Shown here: positions 53,131 to 64,000 of the stretch, piece by piece
Numbering within the stretch: the first letter of the stretch is position 1
Layout: each line of letters opens with the position of its first letter
NCBI GenBank assembly: GCA_051294905.1
Contig: CM119372.1
Span: 9,116,001 to 9,180,000, forward strand
Reading direction: 5' to 3'
Origin: Botryllus schlosseri
Taxonomy: Eukaryota
Length of the DNA stretch: 64,000 bases
Made by a program: the position numbers and the translations under genes
The notes under the pieces: generated by a model
The model's input: the letters and a program-made list of their open reading frames with translations, nothing else
Database searches by the model: none
What the model was told of the DNA's origin: nothing

Positions 53131-55010
53131 AACAAGGGCGATAATCATCTCTGAATTTAGATTTTTCATAAAGTACTTTAAAAGACCTTTCCGATAATAC
53201 CTTGATTGTGTGAAATATATCGGCGAAACACTCTTGAATTCAACTTGGAATTTGTATGCTTTGGAATCTGTCGCACATTTGGAATGGCGGGCATATGTCC
53301 GATACGCAATTTTACCTGAGGTTGGTAGTGGTATTAAAAACAAACAAGGCCGATAATCACTCTGAATTTAGATTTTTCTTAACGTACTTTGAAAGACCTT
53401 CCCGACAATACGTTGATTGTGTGAAATATATTGGCGAAAGACCCTTGAATTCAGCTTTGAATTGGGCATACTTTGGAATATGTCGCACATTTGGAATGGC
53501 GGGCATATGCTGTCCGATAGCCAATTTTGCCTGAGGTTGTTAGTGGTATTAAAAACAAACAAGGACGATAATCACTCCTAATTTAGATTTTTCTTAAAGT
53601 ACTGTGAAAGACCTTTCCGATAATACGTTGATTGTGTGAAATATATTGGCGAAAGACCCTTGAATTCAGCTTTGAATTGGGCATACTTTGGAATATGTCG
53701 CACATTTGGAATGGCGGGCATATGTCCGATACGCAATTTTACCTGAGGTTGGTAGTGGTATTAAAAACAAACAAGGCCGATAATCACTCTGAATTTAGAT
53801 TTTTCTTAACGTACTTTGAAAGACCTTCCCGACAATACGTTGATTGTGTGAAATATATTGGCGAAACACTCTTGAATTCGGCTTTGAATTGGGCATACTT
53901 TGGAATATGTCGCACATTTGGAATGGCGGGCATATGTCCGATACCCAATTTTGCCTGAGGTTGTTAGTGGTATTAAAAACAAACAAGGCCGATAATCACT
54001 CCTAATTTAGATTTTTCTTAACGTACTTTGAAAGACCTTTCCGGCAATACGTTGATTGTGTAAAATATATTGGCGAAAGACCCTTGAATTCAGCTTTGAA
54101 TTGGGCATACATTGGAATATGTCGCACATTTGGAATGGCGGGCATATGTCCGATACCCAATTTTGCCTGAGGTTGTTAGTGGTATTAAAAACAAACAAGG
54201 CCGATAATCACTCCTAATTTAGATTTTTCTTAAAGTACTGTGAAAGACCTTTCCGGCAATACGTTGATTGTGTGAAATATATCGGCGAAACACTCTTGAA
54301 TTCGGCTTTGAATTGGGCATACTTTGGAATATGTCGCACATTTGGAATGGCGGGCATACGTCCGATAGCCAATTTTGCCTGAGGTTGTTAGTGGTATTAA
54401 AAACAAACAAGGCCGATAATCACTCCTAATTTAGATTTTTCTTAAAGTACTGTGAAAGACCTTTCCGGCAATACGTTGATTGTGTGAAATATATCGGCGA
54501 AACACTCTTGAATTCGGCTTTGAATTGGGCATACTTTGTAATATGTCGCACATTTGGAATGGCGGGCATATGTCCGATACCCAATTTTGCCTGAGGTTGT
54601 TAGTGGTATTAAAAACAAACAAGGCCGATAATCACTCCTGATTTAGATTTTTCTTAACGTACTTTGAAAGACCTTTCCGGCAATACGTTGATTGTGTGAA
54701 ATATATTGGCGAAAGACCCTTGAATTCAGCTTTGAATTGGGCATACATTGGAATATGTCGCACATTTGGAATGGCGGGTATATGTCTGATAGCGCAATAT
54801 TATCTAAGGTTGGTAGTCGTATTGAAAACAAACAAGGCCGATAATCACTCTGAATGTCGATTTTTCTTAAAGTACTGTGGAAGACCTTTCCGATAATACG
54901 TTGATTGTGTGAAATATATCGGCGAAACATTCTTGAATTCATCTTGGAATTGAGCATACTTTGGAATCTGTCGCCCATTTGGAATGGCGGTCACATATCC
55001 GAAAGCGGAA
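53131..55010 (-). repeat. 212-bp tandem array, right arm (inverted, ~9 units)
   Basis: Reverse complement of the 42640-45275 units. Confidence 0.97.
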
Positions 55011-55530
55011 TATTGCGACAGGGAAAATGGCACTAATGTGTCAAGTTGATTCTCGTTAGCCGGTCTCACTGTGAATAGAAGATGTATAGGTATTAGAGAT
55101 ATTATATTTGTTTAGAATAACCTAACATTTCGATTATTGAATAGTGGAATACTGTCCTACGCTCAGTTGAGGGTTAATATTCCGAGTTCGCGGAAATAGT
55201 GTTTCACGTGATCACAGAGATTTCGCCGAAATTTCGCCAGGACGAGTTGAGTGTTAATTGCTAAGAGCGCTTTCGCGGTCGCTGCTTATCTTTTCAGTAA
55301 ATATTTCACACAGGAAATAAACAATGTCCCTGATAAACCACAATATTAGTCCAGCAGATTGCTTCGCTTTACAAAAAGTGTACTGATCATTTGTGTTGGG
55401 CTAAGAATACGGTTGACATAACTTGCAAGAATATTTGACCCAAAATTTCCATGCATTTGTCCTGCCTATGTCATGAGGACAGTAGACAAGTTAAATCGTT
55501 ATAAACGGAAAAACTTAATGACCTACTCTC

Positions 55531-55951
55531 CAGAGATGAGCGGATTGGGAATTTCTATGTCCTAATCCAATCCAAATCCAAACCTTCAAATCCAAATTCA
55601 AATCCTTATCCATACCTTTTTCATATTCAAATCCATGTCCAATCCTAATCCGATTCTAACTGGAAATTCAGAAAAAATGCTAATTTGTGCAAGGGAGGAA
55701 TTGGAAAATTTTCTTTCACAACCAACGATTCCCTTGATTCAAGATAACTTAGTAACCATAAGAACATCAATAACTGATCTGAATAAAGTTTGTCGCCATT
55801 CGCCACTCGACATATCGATCTCCCAGAAAATAGGTAAATCCAATCCAAATCCTAATCCGTTCAGAAAAAAATCTCTAATGCTAATCCAATCCAAATCCGA
55901 CAAAATTTCACAAATCCTGTTTTTTCAAATCCTAATCCATGCTCATCTCTG
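55531..55951. mobile_element. hAT MITE (AATCC-rich)
   Basis: TIR CAGAGATGAGC / GCTCATCTCTG; perfect 8-bp TSD CTACTCTC. Confidence 0.9.
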
Positions 55952-56025
55952 CTACTCTCTCACAGTGTTGTATGATAAAAACCACTGAGCTATAAATTTA
56001 TCGAAGGGTTGATACAACTGTCGTT

Positions 56026-56120
56026 TCAATTCAATTTATTGCTAACAATTTCATCATTTCAATACACCACAAGACTGCGATACAATGAAAGAATTGAAGG
56101 TGTCGAAACGACTTGGATAC
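56026..56120 (-). repeat. Dispersed repeat, probable 3' end of a non-LTR retroelement
   Basis: Minus strand reads TCCAAGTCGTTTCGACACCTTC...AATAAATTGAATTGAA. Related copies at ~24010-24065 and ~31040-31120. Confidence 0.55.
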
Positions 56121-56647
56121 TGCCATTTCTAAATTTTAATATTATATTTATTTCTAATATATAATCCGAGTTTTTGAAGTTTTGTTTTGATGTTGTCGAA
56201 TAAGTTATATTGCTTGCATGTAATTTATGAATGTAGAACCTAACAATGTCCCCGCAAACAAAATTATTTATTTATTCAAGACGGTATGCACTATGCAGCG
56301 GCGAAAGTTTACGTGCGTCGACTGCTGTCATGTTAATCTTTGTCGCGGAGCACAGTCAACTTTGCCGTCGTAATCGGAATATGCTATCGAGCTGGCCAAG
56401 CTACCGGTTTCTTCACAATTAACATAATTCACGCAGTTTCAGGATTCCAATTCATTCAGTTTCCGTGATTTTTTTAGCAGTATACGTAGTCCGTCGTTTA
56501 GGATTTAAGGTTCCGCCGTTTAGTGTTCACGTAACTTCACTCAGGTAATGACGAAGCGTGCAGTTTTTTTGCGGCTAGTTGCATTGTAAGGGCAAATTAG
56601 GTAGGAAATACGATCAGGTGCCCCTAGAATCGCCACTTCTGGTCAAG

Positions 56648-57335
56648 ATGTCTACGGGACAGGACGGCATTCCCTCTGAACTGGTGGATTCTTTCGAGTC
56701 ATTTGAGTCTGCCGTTTCCAAAATTGAAAAAGCCATTGAACCGCTCATTGCCACGCCGAGAACCGAGGTAATTGTTAATTATATTGACGGGCATGTGTGT
56801 AATATGATGAAACTGATTCATTTTTCTTTCCTCGGCGACCTAGATGTTGAAAAAGTTCACGCCACTGGAAGTTGCAAAGCTTGATCTAGTATGCGCTTAC
56901 TCGATCAACTCCTTATTTTGGATGTACCTCATCACGCAAGGTGTAAACCCTCGGAATCATGACATCAAGGGTGAAATCGACAGGGTTAAGAGTTACATGG
57001 GTAAAGTCAGAGAAATCGAAGACAGAAAGAACGCTCCAAAGCTTAAAAAAGAAGCTGCAAAGCGGTTTGTAAGGAATGCCATGTTTGATGTCAACGAGAA
57101 AAATCAGCAGAAGCGAAAGGAAGAAGTTCCAGGTTCGGAAAGGGATGACGTCACTGCCAGTAATTGTGAATCAAAGAATGTCGAGGTGGTGCAAGAGCCT
57201 GTCACCAAAAATGCTGATGCTACTGCAAAACTTCCTGTTGACGATGACACAGCAAAGTGGAAGAGTGGAAAACGCAAACATAAAAGGACTGAGAAGTCTC
57301 AGAAGAAATTTAAAAAATCCAGGACTACGACATGA
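56648..57335 (+). CDS. C1D: Nuclear nucleic acid-binding protein C1D (exosome cofactor, Rrp47 family); exons 56648-56767 and 56844-57335
   Basis: PLEVAKLDLVCAYSINSLFWMYLITQGVNPRNHDIKGEIDRVKSYM and KEAAKRFVRNAM; 76-bp phase-0 GT-AG intron. Confidence 0.93.
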
Positions 57336-58396
57336 ATGCCATTAATGCAAGTGGTGGGCGTAACAGTTGTAGCTTCTGGTCTGAGTGCCAAGGGGCTGAA
57401 GTAACATCTGATGCAAAAGAAAACCGGACCTCTCAACAAATTGTTACCGAAAGACCAATACTGATTTTTTACGGTTGTAGGCTTACTGTACAACAAATGA
57501 TGTTTGTATCAGGTTGAAATCTCATCTATGTGCCTTTTCTGATTGTGTGAGCAATGACGGCTCCCCGTTTTGACATTTTTCAAGTCGCAGGTCGAGTGTA
57601 GACATGTTTTTCAAATTTTGGTCCATTTTTCCCGTTGATCCCGTACCGTGATAAAGGCTTTGCCGTCGACATGATTCCACACTGCAGGTGTAACAATTTG
57701 TGGGTAGCGAGTGGTGCGAGAAATATATTGGTTAAAGCAAGGCATCGTGAGTCTGTTCCCATATGAAAAAAGATGCATTGTATTAAGATAAATCTTGGTG
57801 TAGGCTATTCAACGTTTCCGCTATTCAAAAGCATCATACAAGATGTAAAAAAGTCAAAATCAATGCAATATAAACACAATAGATAAGTCACACAGACTTC
57901 AACTTAAAGTACAAGTCGTCCTCACAATACAGCGATCCATATCACCACTGGACGCCGAAACCTGCATCGGCAGTTACTTCAGTTTGCCAGAAGTCTCGCA
58001 TTGGAACTTTCGCTGCTATGGGACGCGAGTATCCCCTGCTTACTTTCAGTTGGGTCGACTGAACATTGCTCAAGAGGACACTTCATGTGAGTCACAAAAG
58101 ATGAAGTGACATTCATTAATACTAGAAATTTTACTGCTAATCTCGATGGGTTGACTAAAAAATAATCAACCTCCCGACTACACTCGACTCTCGACAGACC
58201 CATCCATACCCACGAACAATCGGTTTTAGTTGTCCCTGTACGATCGTGAGTCCCTCACAGCTATAAATGAGGACGAATTTCAAACAATTCAAGTACATTT
58301 GGGCGTCCTACGGAGGAAATATGGAAGCCCTTGTCCCAACCCAAAATTTGGGGGCGTGCTGATGCAGTTTTGATCTAAAGTTCATATATATATTCT

Positions 58397-59197
58397 CTAC
58401 ATACAGTACCTATCCGATTTCATTTTTGCTCTTCTATCAAGCAATACTTCATGAAGCTTGCCATCTGATTTTGCTGAATCGAGTTTGTTGGCATCACCTT
58501 CATTAATTCTAAGTCTTCTGTCTTGAAAGCTTTGGAACTTCTTTACATAGTTCACCTCACAATCCTTGAGGTCCGTGACTTTCTCTTCCACTGGAGTATC
58601 ATCTACTTGGAAATTTCGATCCGCATTTGATCTTATTCTCAGAATCTCGTCCTCGCCAGCAGTCAAACTTTTTGCTACAATGTCTCCTTCTTTATCATAG
58701 CACATGAAACAACTGTTCCCAGTAGACAAAAGAGCTGTTTTACCATCTTGGAATATCGGCTCCCATTGTTCCTTGGGCCCGATTGCATCGCTGATTCCAG
58801 TAATTCTTCCAGACTTATCCACTCCCAAATACTTATCAAACCCCGTTTTGAAGGCTACTTTGGTATCTGATACAGGAATTCCAGTTAATTGTTCTGTGGG
58901 TGACGGGCCTTCACCATCATTGTGTGGAGGCCCAAGTGTAAACATTCCATTGTCCATAGCTGATATATAGGCTCCTTTGCCAAATTCAATACATATATTG
59001 CCTTTAATCTTCTCCACATCCGTCACATTCCACCAGCCATCGTGGTCTTCAATGTCTTTCTTTTCCGCGGCCTTCCTTGCTTTCTCCTCGGGGTCTTCTT
59101 TCTTTCTTTTGTGCTTCTTGTTTTTTTTATCTTTGTGTTTTCTCTTCTCACCTTTCAACATCAGTTTACCAGTCCTAACATGCTGATAATCACTCAT
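58397..59197 (-). CDS. FRG1: FRG1 (fascin-like, spliceosome-associated), intronless CDS, 266 aa
   Basis: MSDYQHVRTGKLMLKG, GPSPTEQL, FKTGFDKYLG, SDAIGPKEQWEPIFQDGK, EVNYVKKFQSFQD, LHEVLLDRRAKMKSDRYC. Confidence 0.96.
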   Translation of the reverse strand: MSDYQHVRTGKLMLKGEKRKHKDKKNKKHKRKKEDPEEKARKAAEKKDIEDHDGWWNVTDVEKIKGNICIEFGKGAYISAMDNGMFTLGPPHNDGEGPSPTEQLTGIPVSDTKVAFKTGFDKYLGVDKSGRITGISDAIGPKEQWEPIFQDGKTALLSTGNSCFMCYDKEGDIVAKSLTAGEDEILRIRSNADRNFQVDDTPVEEKVTDLKDCEVNYVKKFQSFQDRRLRINEGDANKLDSAKSDGKLHEVLLDRRAKMKSDRYCM

Positions 59198-60229
59198 GGT
59201 CAATTTTCTAACATATAAAGAAGGCATTATTGGCAAAGGAAGACAAAACGCATTACCCAGTCGCCACATTCCACACACCTAGGACCAACGGCACACCACA
59301 GTACAACAAATTGTCAAAAAAAATATTATCCTTGATAAAACTTATCGGCCAGACTCTGCATGTCACGAAATGTGATGGTTTAACATCAGCATGAGCAACT
59401 TCATAAGCCCACAAGCACTTATGAGCTACCATAGAGATACAAGTCATTGAGAGCAACTATGACATTAGATTTGCCGAAAGCAGTATACAACAGCTGATAC
59501 GACAAAGACTGCAGAAGTCTGCGTGAAACAGGACACTTCGACATGATCTCAATTCACCAACATTTACACGTTCCTAGTTCAAAACCAAAATAACTAAGAT
59601 CGGGTCAATGATATGACATGTGGAGCATGTCAAATTCCTCATTATTGCACTACATGAATGATGCACAAGTAATATACATCATCAAGCAACACACGGCAGA
59701 AATAGCAAATTTTCTTAAATATCAAACCAGCATGTGTTCGAAATGATATCCAAAATAATCAAGCATTTTTACACTACAAACTTATAGAGGATGTAGATAA
59801 TGTGACTAACTAGCAGCTTACTGACTATGTCCTACTTGCTAGGTACTCAAATTATTGAGTTATTTTCTTTCCTTTTTTTAGGAAATATGATACAAGTAAA
59901 TGTCGGCAATTATGTAATTGCAATGGGACTTCATTATCAATACGATATAACAAGCTATTCAAAATGCATTTTCCTGCTTTTCTGCAGCTTTTGTCGGGCC
60001 TTGGAAGAAGCACTGTGAGGTTATCAAAACAATTCACAAAGAAAAACAATGTCAATTAGGTCCTGCATTAACAAAGTTTGTCATGAAAAATCAGTCACAG
60101 GTGTTTTGAAATATATACGATTGGTACACGACTCAACTACCCCAATGTACACAGTAGTGACAGAACTGTCATCAGAGACGGTGGTCTCACATGTCTTCGT
60201 GAGTGGGGGGTGATTGCCCATGCGCTTCA

Positions 60230-60592
60230 TTACCAGGCGAGTAGTTTCCTTTTACCAACTTTACCTTTCTTCTTTTTCTTCGTCATCTTTTTAATTTTAC
60301 GACCGTTCATCCAAACAGGAAACTGTCCATTTTCATCCATCATGGTTTTCTTGTCTCTTTTCATTTCCACTTCCATTTCGAGGTCTGCGTCCTGTTCGCT
60401 CTTCTTCGGTTTACTCACGGGTGGCTTGATGGGCATGGACTTTATCTGACAATTCTCCTCGGACATTACGACATCTTTGATTGTGCTGGACGAAAGAATC
60501 TTCTTTAATTTATCGAGTTCCTTAGGTGCGTTTTTCTGCCGTCTTATAGCGCGCATTTTTCGTTTCCACTTGCTTCTCAAACTTTTAGCCAT
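60230..60592 (-). CDS. LLPH: LLP homolog (LAPS18-like protein), intronless CDS, 120 aa
   Basis: MAKSLRSKWKRKMRA...NAPKEL...KTMMDENGQFPVWMN...LAW. Confidence 0.95.
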   Translation of the reverse strand: MAKSLRSKWKRKMRAIRRQKNAPKELDKLKKILSSSTIKDVVMSEENCQIKSMPIKPPVSKPKKSEQDADLEMEVEMKRDKKTMMDENGQFPVWMNGRKIKKMTKKKKKGKVGKRKLLAW

Positions 60593-61385
60593 GGTTAATG
60601 ATTGAAGTCTGCTTGTCAAATCAATATATTACCCGAAATTACGCTGAAATATAAAATATGAAAGTACTTTGAATCAACTTTGGATGTTTACACTATAGGC
60701 TACCGAAGGTGGCCAACAAACAAGTCGGGTCGTATTTTTTCCGCATAGGCGCAGAGCAGCGTCAAACTTAATTCGCAATATATATAATCACCATCAATGG
60801 TCATCATGAAATGAATGACCTCAATCAACACTAATTGGCTTGTGAGATTTTCTGGACAAAATGCAATCAATTTAGCGCGAACACATAGGGATAAGTGGCC
60901 TCCGAGAAACTATTCTGGTAGAGTGGTAGTGGACATAAATAAAAATATATAGTGTCGAAAGAGTTGAAAAAAGAGAAAACAAAACTTTGTCATCGGAAAT
61001 AGTGGCAGGTTAGGCAGGCTTTACGCCTGGACCGTATTGTATAATATATATGTATGATACGGCGCAAAGTAAAAGATAAGAAACTTATCTTTTGCCGCTG
61101 GGCGACGACTAACACCAAAAATCAAATTAAATTCGAGGAGATTATCGGTCTGGTAGTGGTACTGACATAACAGAAAATTTTGACTCTACGCGTGTCGCGA
61201 GCGAAGAGACTAATTAGTCATTTAGCGAGAACTGTACCGTACTCCATAATTTCTCCTAATGAAAGTACCTTCGGCCTCGTTCATCTTCGACAAAAAAAAC
61301 GAGCTACGGTATCGACGCCAGTCGCCAGTCAATGAAAGCAAGGCTCAGGCATTTCTGATCCATCCACCATATCAGCGATCTCGGA

Positions 61386-64000
61386 ACTCGAGTCGTCCTG
61401 GCGAAATTTCGGCGAAATCTTTGTGATCATGTGAAACACGATTTTTGACATGACGAAATATTAACCCTCAACTTGACGATTCACCGATTGCTCCATTGAA
61501 ACGGATCCATCCTGTGTCGAAATATTCCGATTTTCACTAAATACACATTCGGGCATGCTGTATTTAGGGATTGTCTTTCGTCCTGCTTAATTTTGAATAC
61601 GATTAGCAACTTTTACGCTATATTTCGCTCTTGTTTGAGTACCGAACTGCCGATGTACAGCAAATGTCTATTTTCAGACTGGATTTGAGAGTGTACCTGA
61701 CATACAATTCCGCCAATGGACACATCATCGGAAAGAGCTTGCAAAGTGCTTTAATAAAAATCCATTTTCATTTTCAACTTCGTCCTGGTTAAGTACGATT
61801 ACGAGTACCAATAAAGCATTTCATTACGCTGTCGACCATTGCGTCGGCATCAGTTTCAACGAACGGCAAATGCCGAATTCCGGGCAGGTTTTTGAGATTG
61901 TGCCTGACTTGCAATTCCTATAATGAACACATCATTGGAAAGGGCTTGCAAAGTACTTCAATAAAAACCCATTTTCGTTTTCAACATCGTCCAGGTTAAT
62001 TAGAAATAAGACTGCCAAAAAATGCATTGCATTGCGCTGCCGGGCATTGTATCGGGATCAATTCAATGAACGGCAAATGCAAAATTTCAGGCGGGTTTTT
62101 GAGATTGTACCTCACTTGCAATTCCTATAATGAACACATCATCGGAAAGGGCTTGCAAAGTACTTCAATAAAAACCCATTTTCGTTTTCAACATCGGCCA
62201 GGTTAATTAGAAATAACAGTGCCAAAAATGCATCGCATTGCGCTGCCGGGCATTGTATCGGGATCAATTCAATGAACGGCAAATGCCAAATTTCAGGCGG
62301 GTTTTTGAGATTGTACCTCACTTGCAATTCCTATAATGAACACATCATCGGAAAGGGCTTGCAACGTACTTCAATAAAAACCCATTTTCGTTTTCAACAT
62401 CGGCCAGGTTAATTAGAAATAAGACTGCCAAAAATGCATCGCATTGCGCTGCCGGGCATTGTATCGGGATCAATTCAATGAACGGCAAATGCCAAATTTC
62501 AGGCGGGTTTTTGAGATTGTACCTCACTTGCAATTCCTATAATGAACACATCATCGGAAAGGGCTTGCAAAGTACTTCAATAAAAACCCATTTTCGTTTT
62601 CAACATCGGCCAGGTTAATTAGAAATAAGACTGCCAAAAATGCATCGCATTGCGCTGCCGGGCATTGTATCGGGATCAATTCAATGAACGGCAAATGCCA
62701 AATTTCAGGCGGTTTTTTGAGATTGTACCTCACTTGCAATTCCTATAATGAACACATCATCGGAAAGGGCTTGCAAAGTACTTCAATAAAAACCCATTTT
62801 CATTTTCAACATCGGCCAGGTTAATTAGAAATAACAGTGCCAAAAATCCATTGCATTGCGCTGCCGGGCATTGTATTGAGATCAATTCAATGAACGGCAA
62901 ATGCCAAATTTCAGGCGGGTTTTTGAGATTGTACCTCACTTGCAATTCCTATAATGAACACATCATCGGAAAGGGCTTGCAAAGTACTTCAATAAAAACC
63001 CATTTTCGTTTTCAACATCGGCCAGGTTAATTAGAAATAAGACTGCCAAAAATGCATCGCATTGCGCTGCCGAGCATTGTATCGGGATCAATTCAATGAA
63101 CGGCAAATGCCAAATTTCAGGCGGGTTTTTGAGATTGTACCTCACTTGCAATTCCTATAATGAACACATCATCGGAAAGGGCTTGCAAAGTACTTCAATA
63201 AAAACCCATTTTCGTTTTCAACATCGGCCAGGTTAATTAGAAATAAGACTGCCAAAAATGCATCGCATTGCGCTGCCGGGCATTGTATCGGGATCAATTC
63301 AATGAACGGCAAATGCCAAATTTCAGGCGGGTTTTTGAGATTGTACCTCACTTGCAATTCCTATAATGAACACATCATCGGAAAGGGCTTGCAAAGTACT
63401 TCAATAAAAACCCATTTTCGTTTTCAACATCGGCCAGGGTAATTAGAAATAAGACTGCCAAAAATGCATCGCATTGCGCTGCCGGGCATTGTATCGGGAT
63501 CAATTCAATGAACGGCAAATGCCAAATTTCAGGCGGGTTTTTGAGATTGCACCTCACTTGCAATTCCTATAATGAACACATCATCGGAAAGGGCTTGCAA
63601 AGTACTTCAATAAAAACCCATTTTCGTTTTCAACATCGGCCAGGTTAATTAGAAATAAGACTGCCAAAAATGCATCGCATTGCGCTGCCGGGCATTGTAT
63701 CGGGATCAATTCAATGAACGGCAAATGCCAAATTTGAGGCGGGTTTTTGAGATTGTACCTCACTTGCAATTCCTATAATGAACACATCATCGGAAAGGGC
63801 TTGCAAAGTACTTCAATAAAAACCCATTTTCATTTTCAACATCGGCCAGGTTAATTAGAAATAACAGTGCCAAAAATCCATTGCATTGCGCTGCCGGGCA
63901 TTGTATTGAGATCAATTCAATGAACGGCAAATGCCAAATTTCAGGCGGGTTTTTGAGATTGTACCTCACTTGCAATTCCTATAATGAACACATCATCGGA
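61386..64000 (+). mobile_element. Terminus and arm of a second, diverged Foldback-family element (runs off the right edge)
   Basis: Begins ACTCGAGTCGTCCTGGCGAAATTTCGGCGAAATCTTTGTGATCATGTGAAACAC...ATATTAACCCTCAACT, closely matching the 41430 terminus, and leads into a tandem array. Confidence 0.85.
61700..64000 (+). repeat. 206-bp tandem array
   Basis: Periodicity of 206 (62139, 62345 ... 63787); the first units are more diverged. Confidence 0.97.

Larger units (their letters stand above)
41430..55252 (+). mobile_element. 13.8-kb Foldback-type DNA transposon (Mutator/NOF-like) with satellite-containing inverted arms
   Basis: Starts ACTCAACTCGTCCTGGCGAAATTTCGGCGAAATC and ends with its exact reverse complement. 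8-bp TSD GTTAATTG at 41422-41429 and 55253-55260. Inverted 212-bp arrays flank a transposase-like ORF. Confidence 0.93.

Noticed and set aside
41430..55252. Classification as Zisupton or hAT on the basis of the 8-bp TSD
   Set aside because: No SWIM/SAP or hAT motifs were seen; the DASG motif and modular arms fit NOF/Mutator better. A 9-bp TSD (TGTTAATTG) is also readable but would make the termini asymmetric.
59198..59278. N-terminal extensions of FRG1, LLPH and C1D in the ORF track
   Set aside because: They use non-ATG starts upstream of the conserved N-termini, and the FRG1 extension crosses a splice acceptor.
58397..64000. FRG1 near a tandem array, as with human FRG1 and D4Z4
   Set aside because: This array is a transposon arm with no DUX-like ORF; the resemblance is coincidental.

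Overview
Eukaryotic (metazoan, compact-intron, tunicate-like by inference) DNA. Host genes: a ~35-exon SPT6/SUPT6H gene (minus, 18925-40247), C1D (plus), and intronless FRG1 and LLPH (minus). The main discovery is a 13.8-kb Foldback/Mutator(NOF-like) DNA transposon at 41430-55252. It has perfect ACTCAACTCGTCC termini, an 8-bp TSD (GTTAATTG), and inverted arms built from 212-bp tandem repeats. Its single reading frame (47924-52069, broken by one in-frame TGA) encodes a PHD finger, a truncated transposase, a ULP/SUMO-type protease and a USP deubiquitinase, and both protease triads look intact. A second family member begins at 61386 with a homologous 206-bp array. A >16-kb 210-bp satellite with higher-order structure fills the left end and may be the arm of a third, more distant member. 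SPT6 introns carry Penelope remnants with minimal hammerhead ribozymes (one intact and sense to the pre-mRNA), a 668-bp palindromic hAT MITE, other hAT MITEs and a 41-bp minisatellite. All family assignments come from recalled motifs, not database searches.
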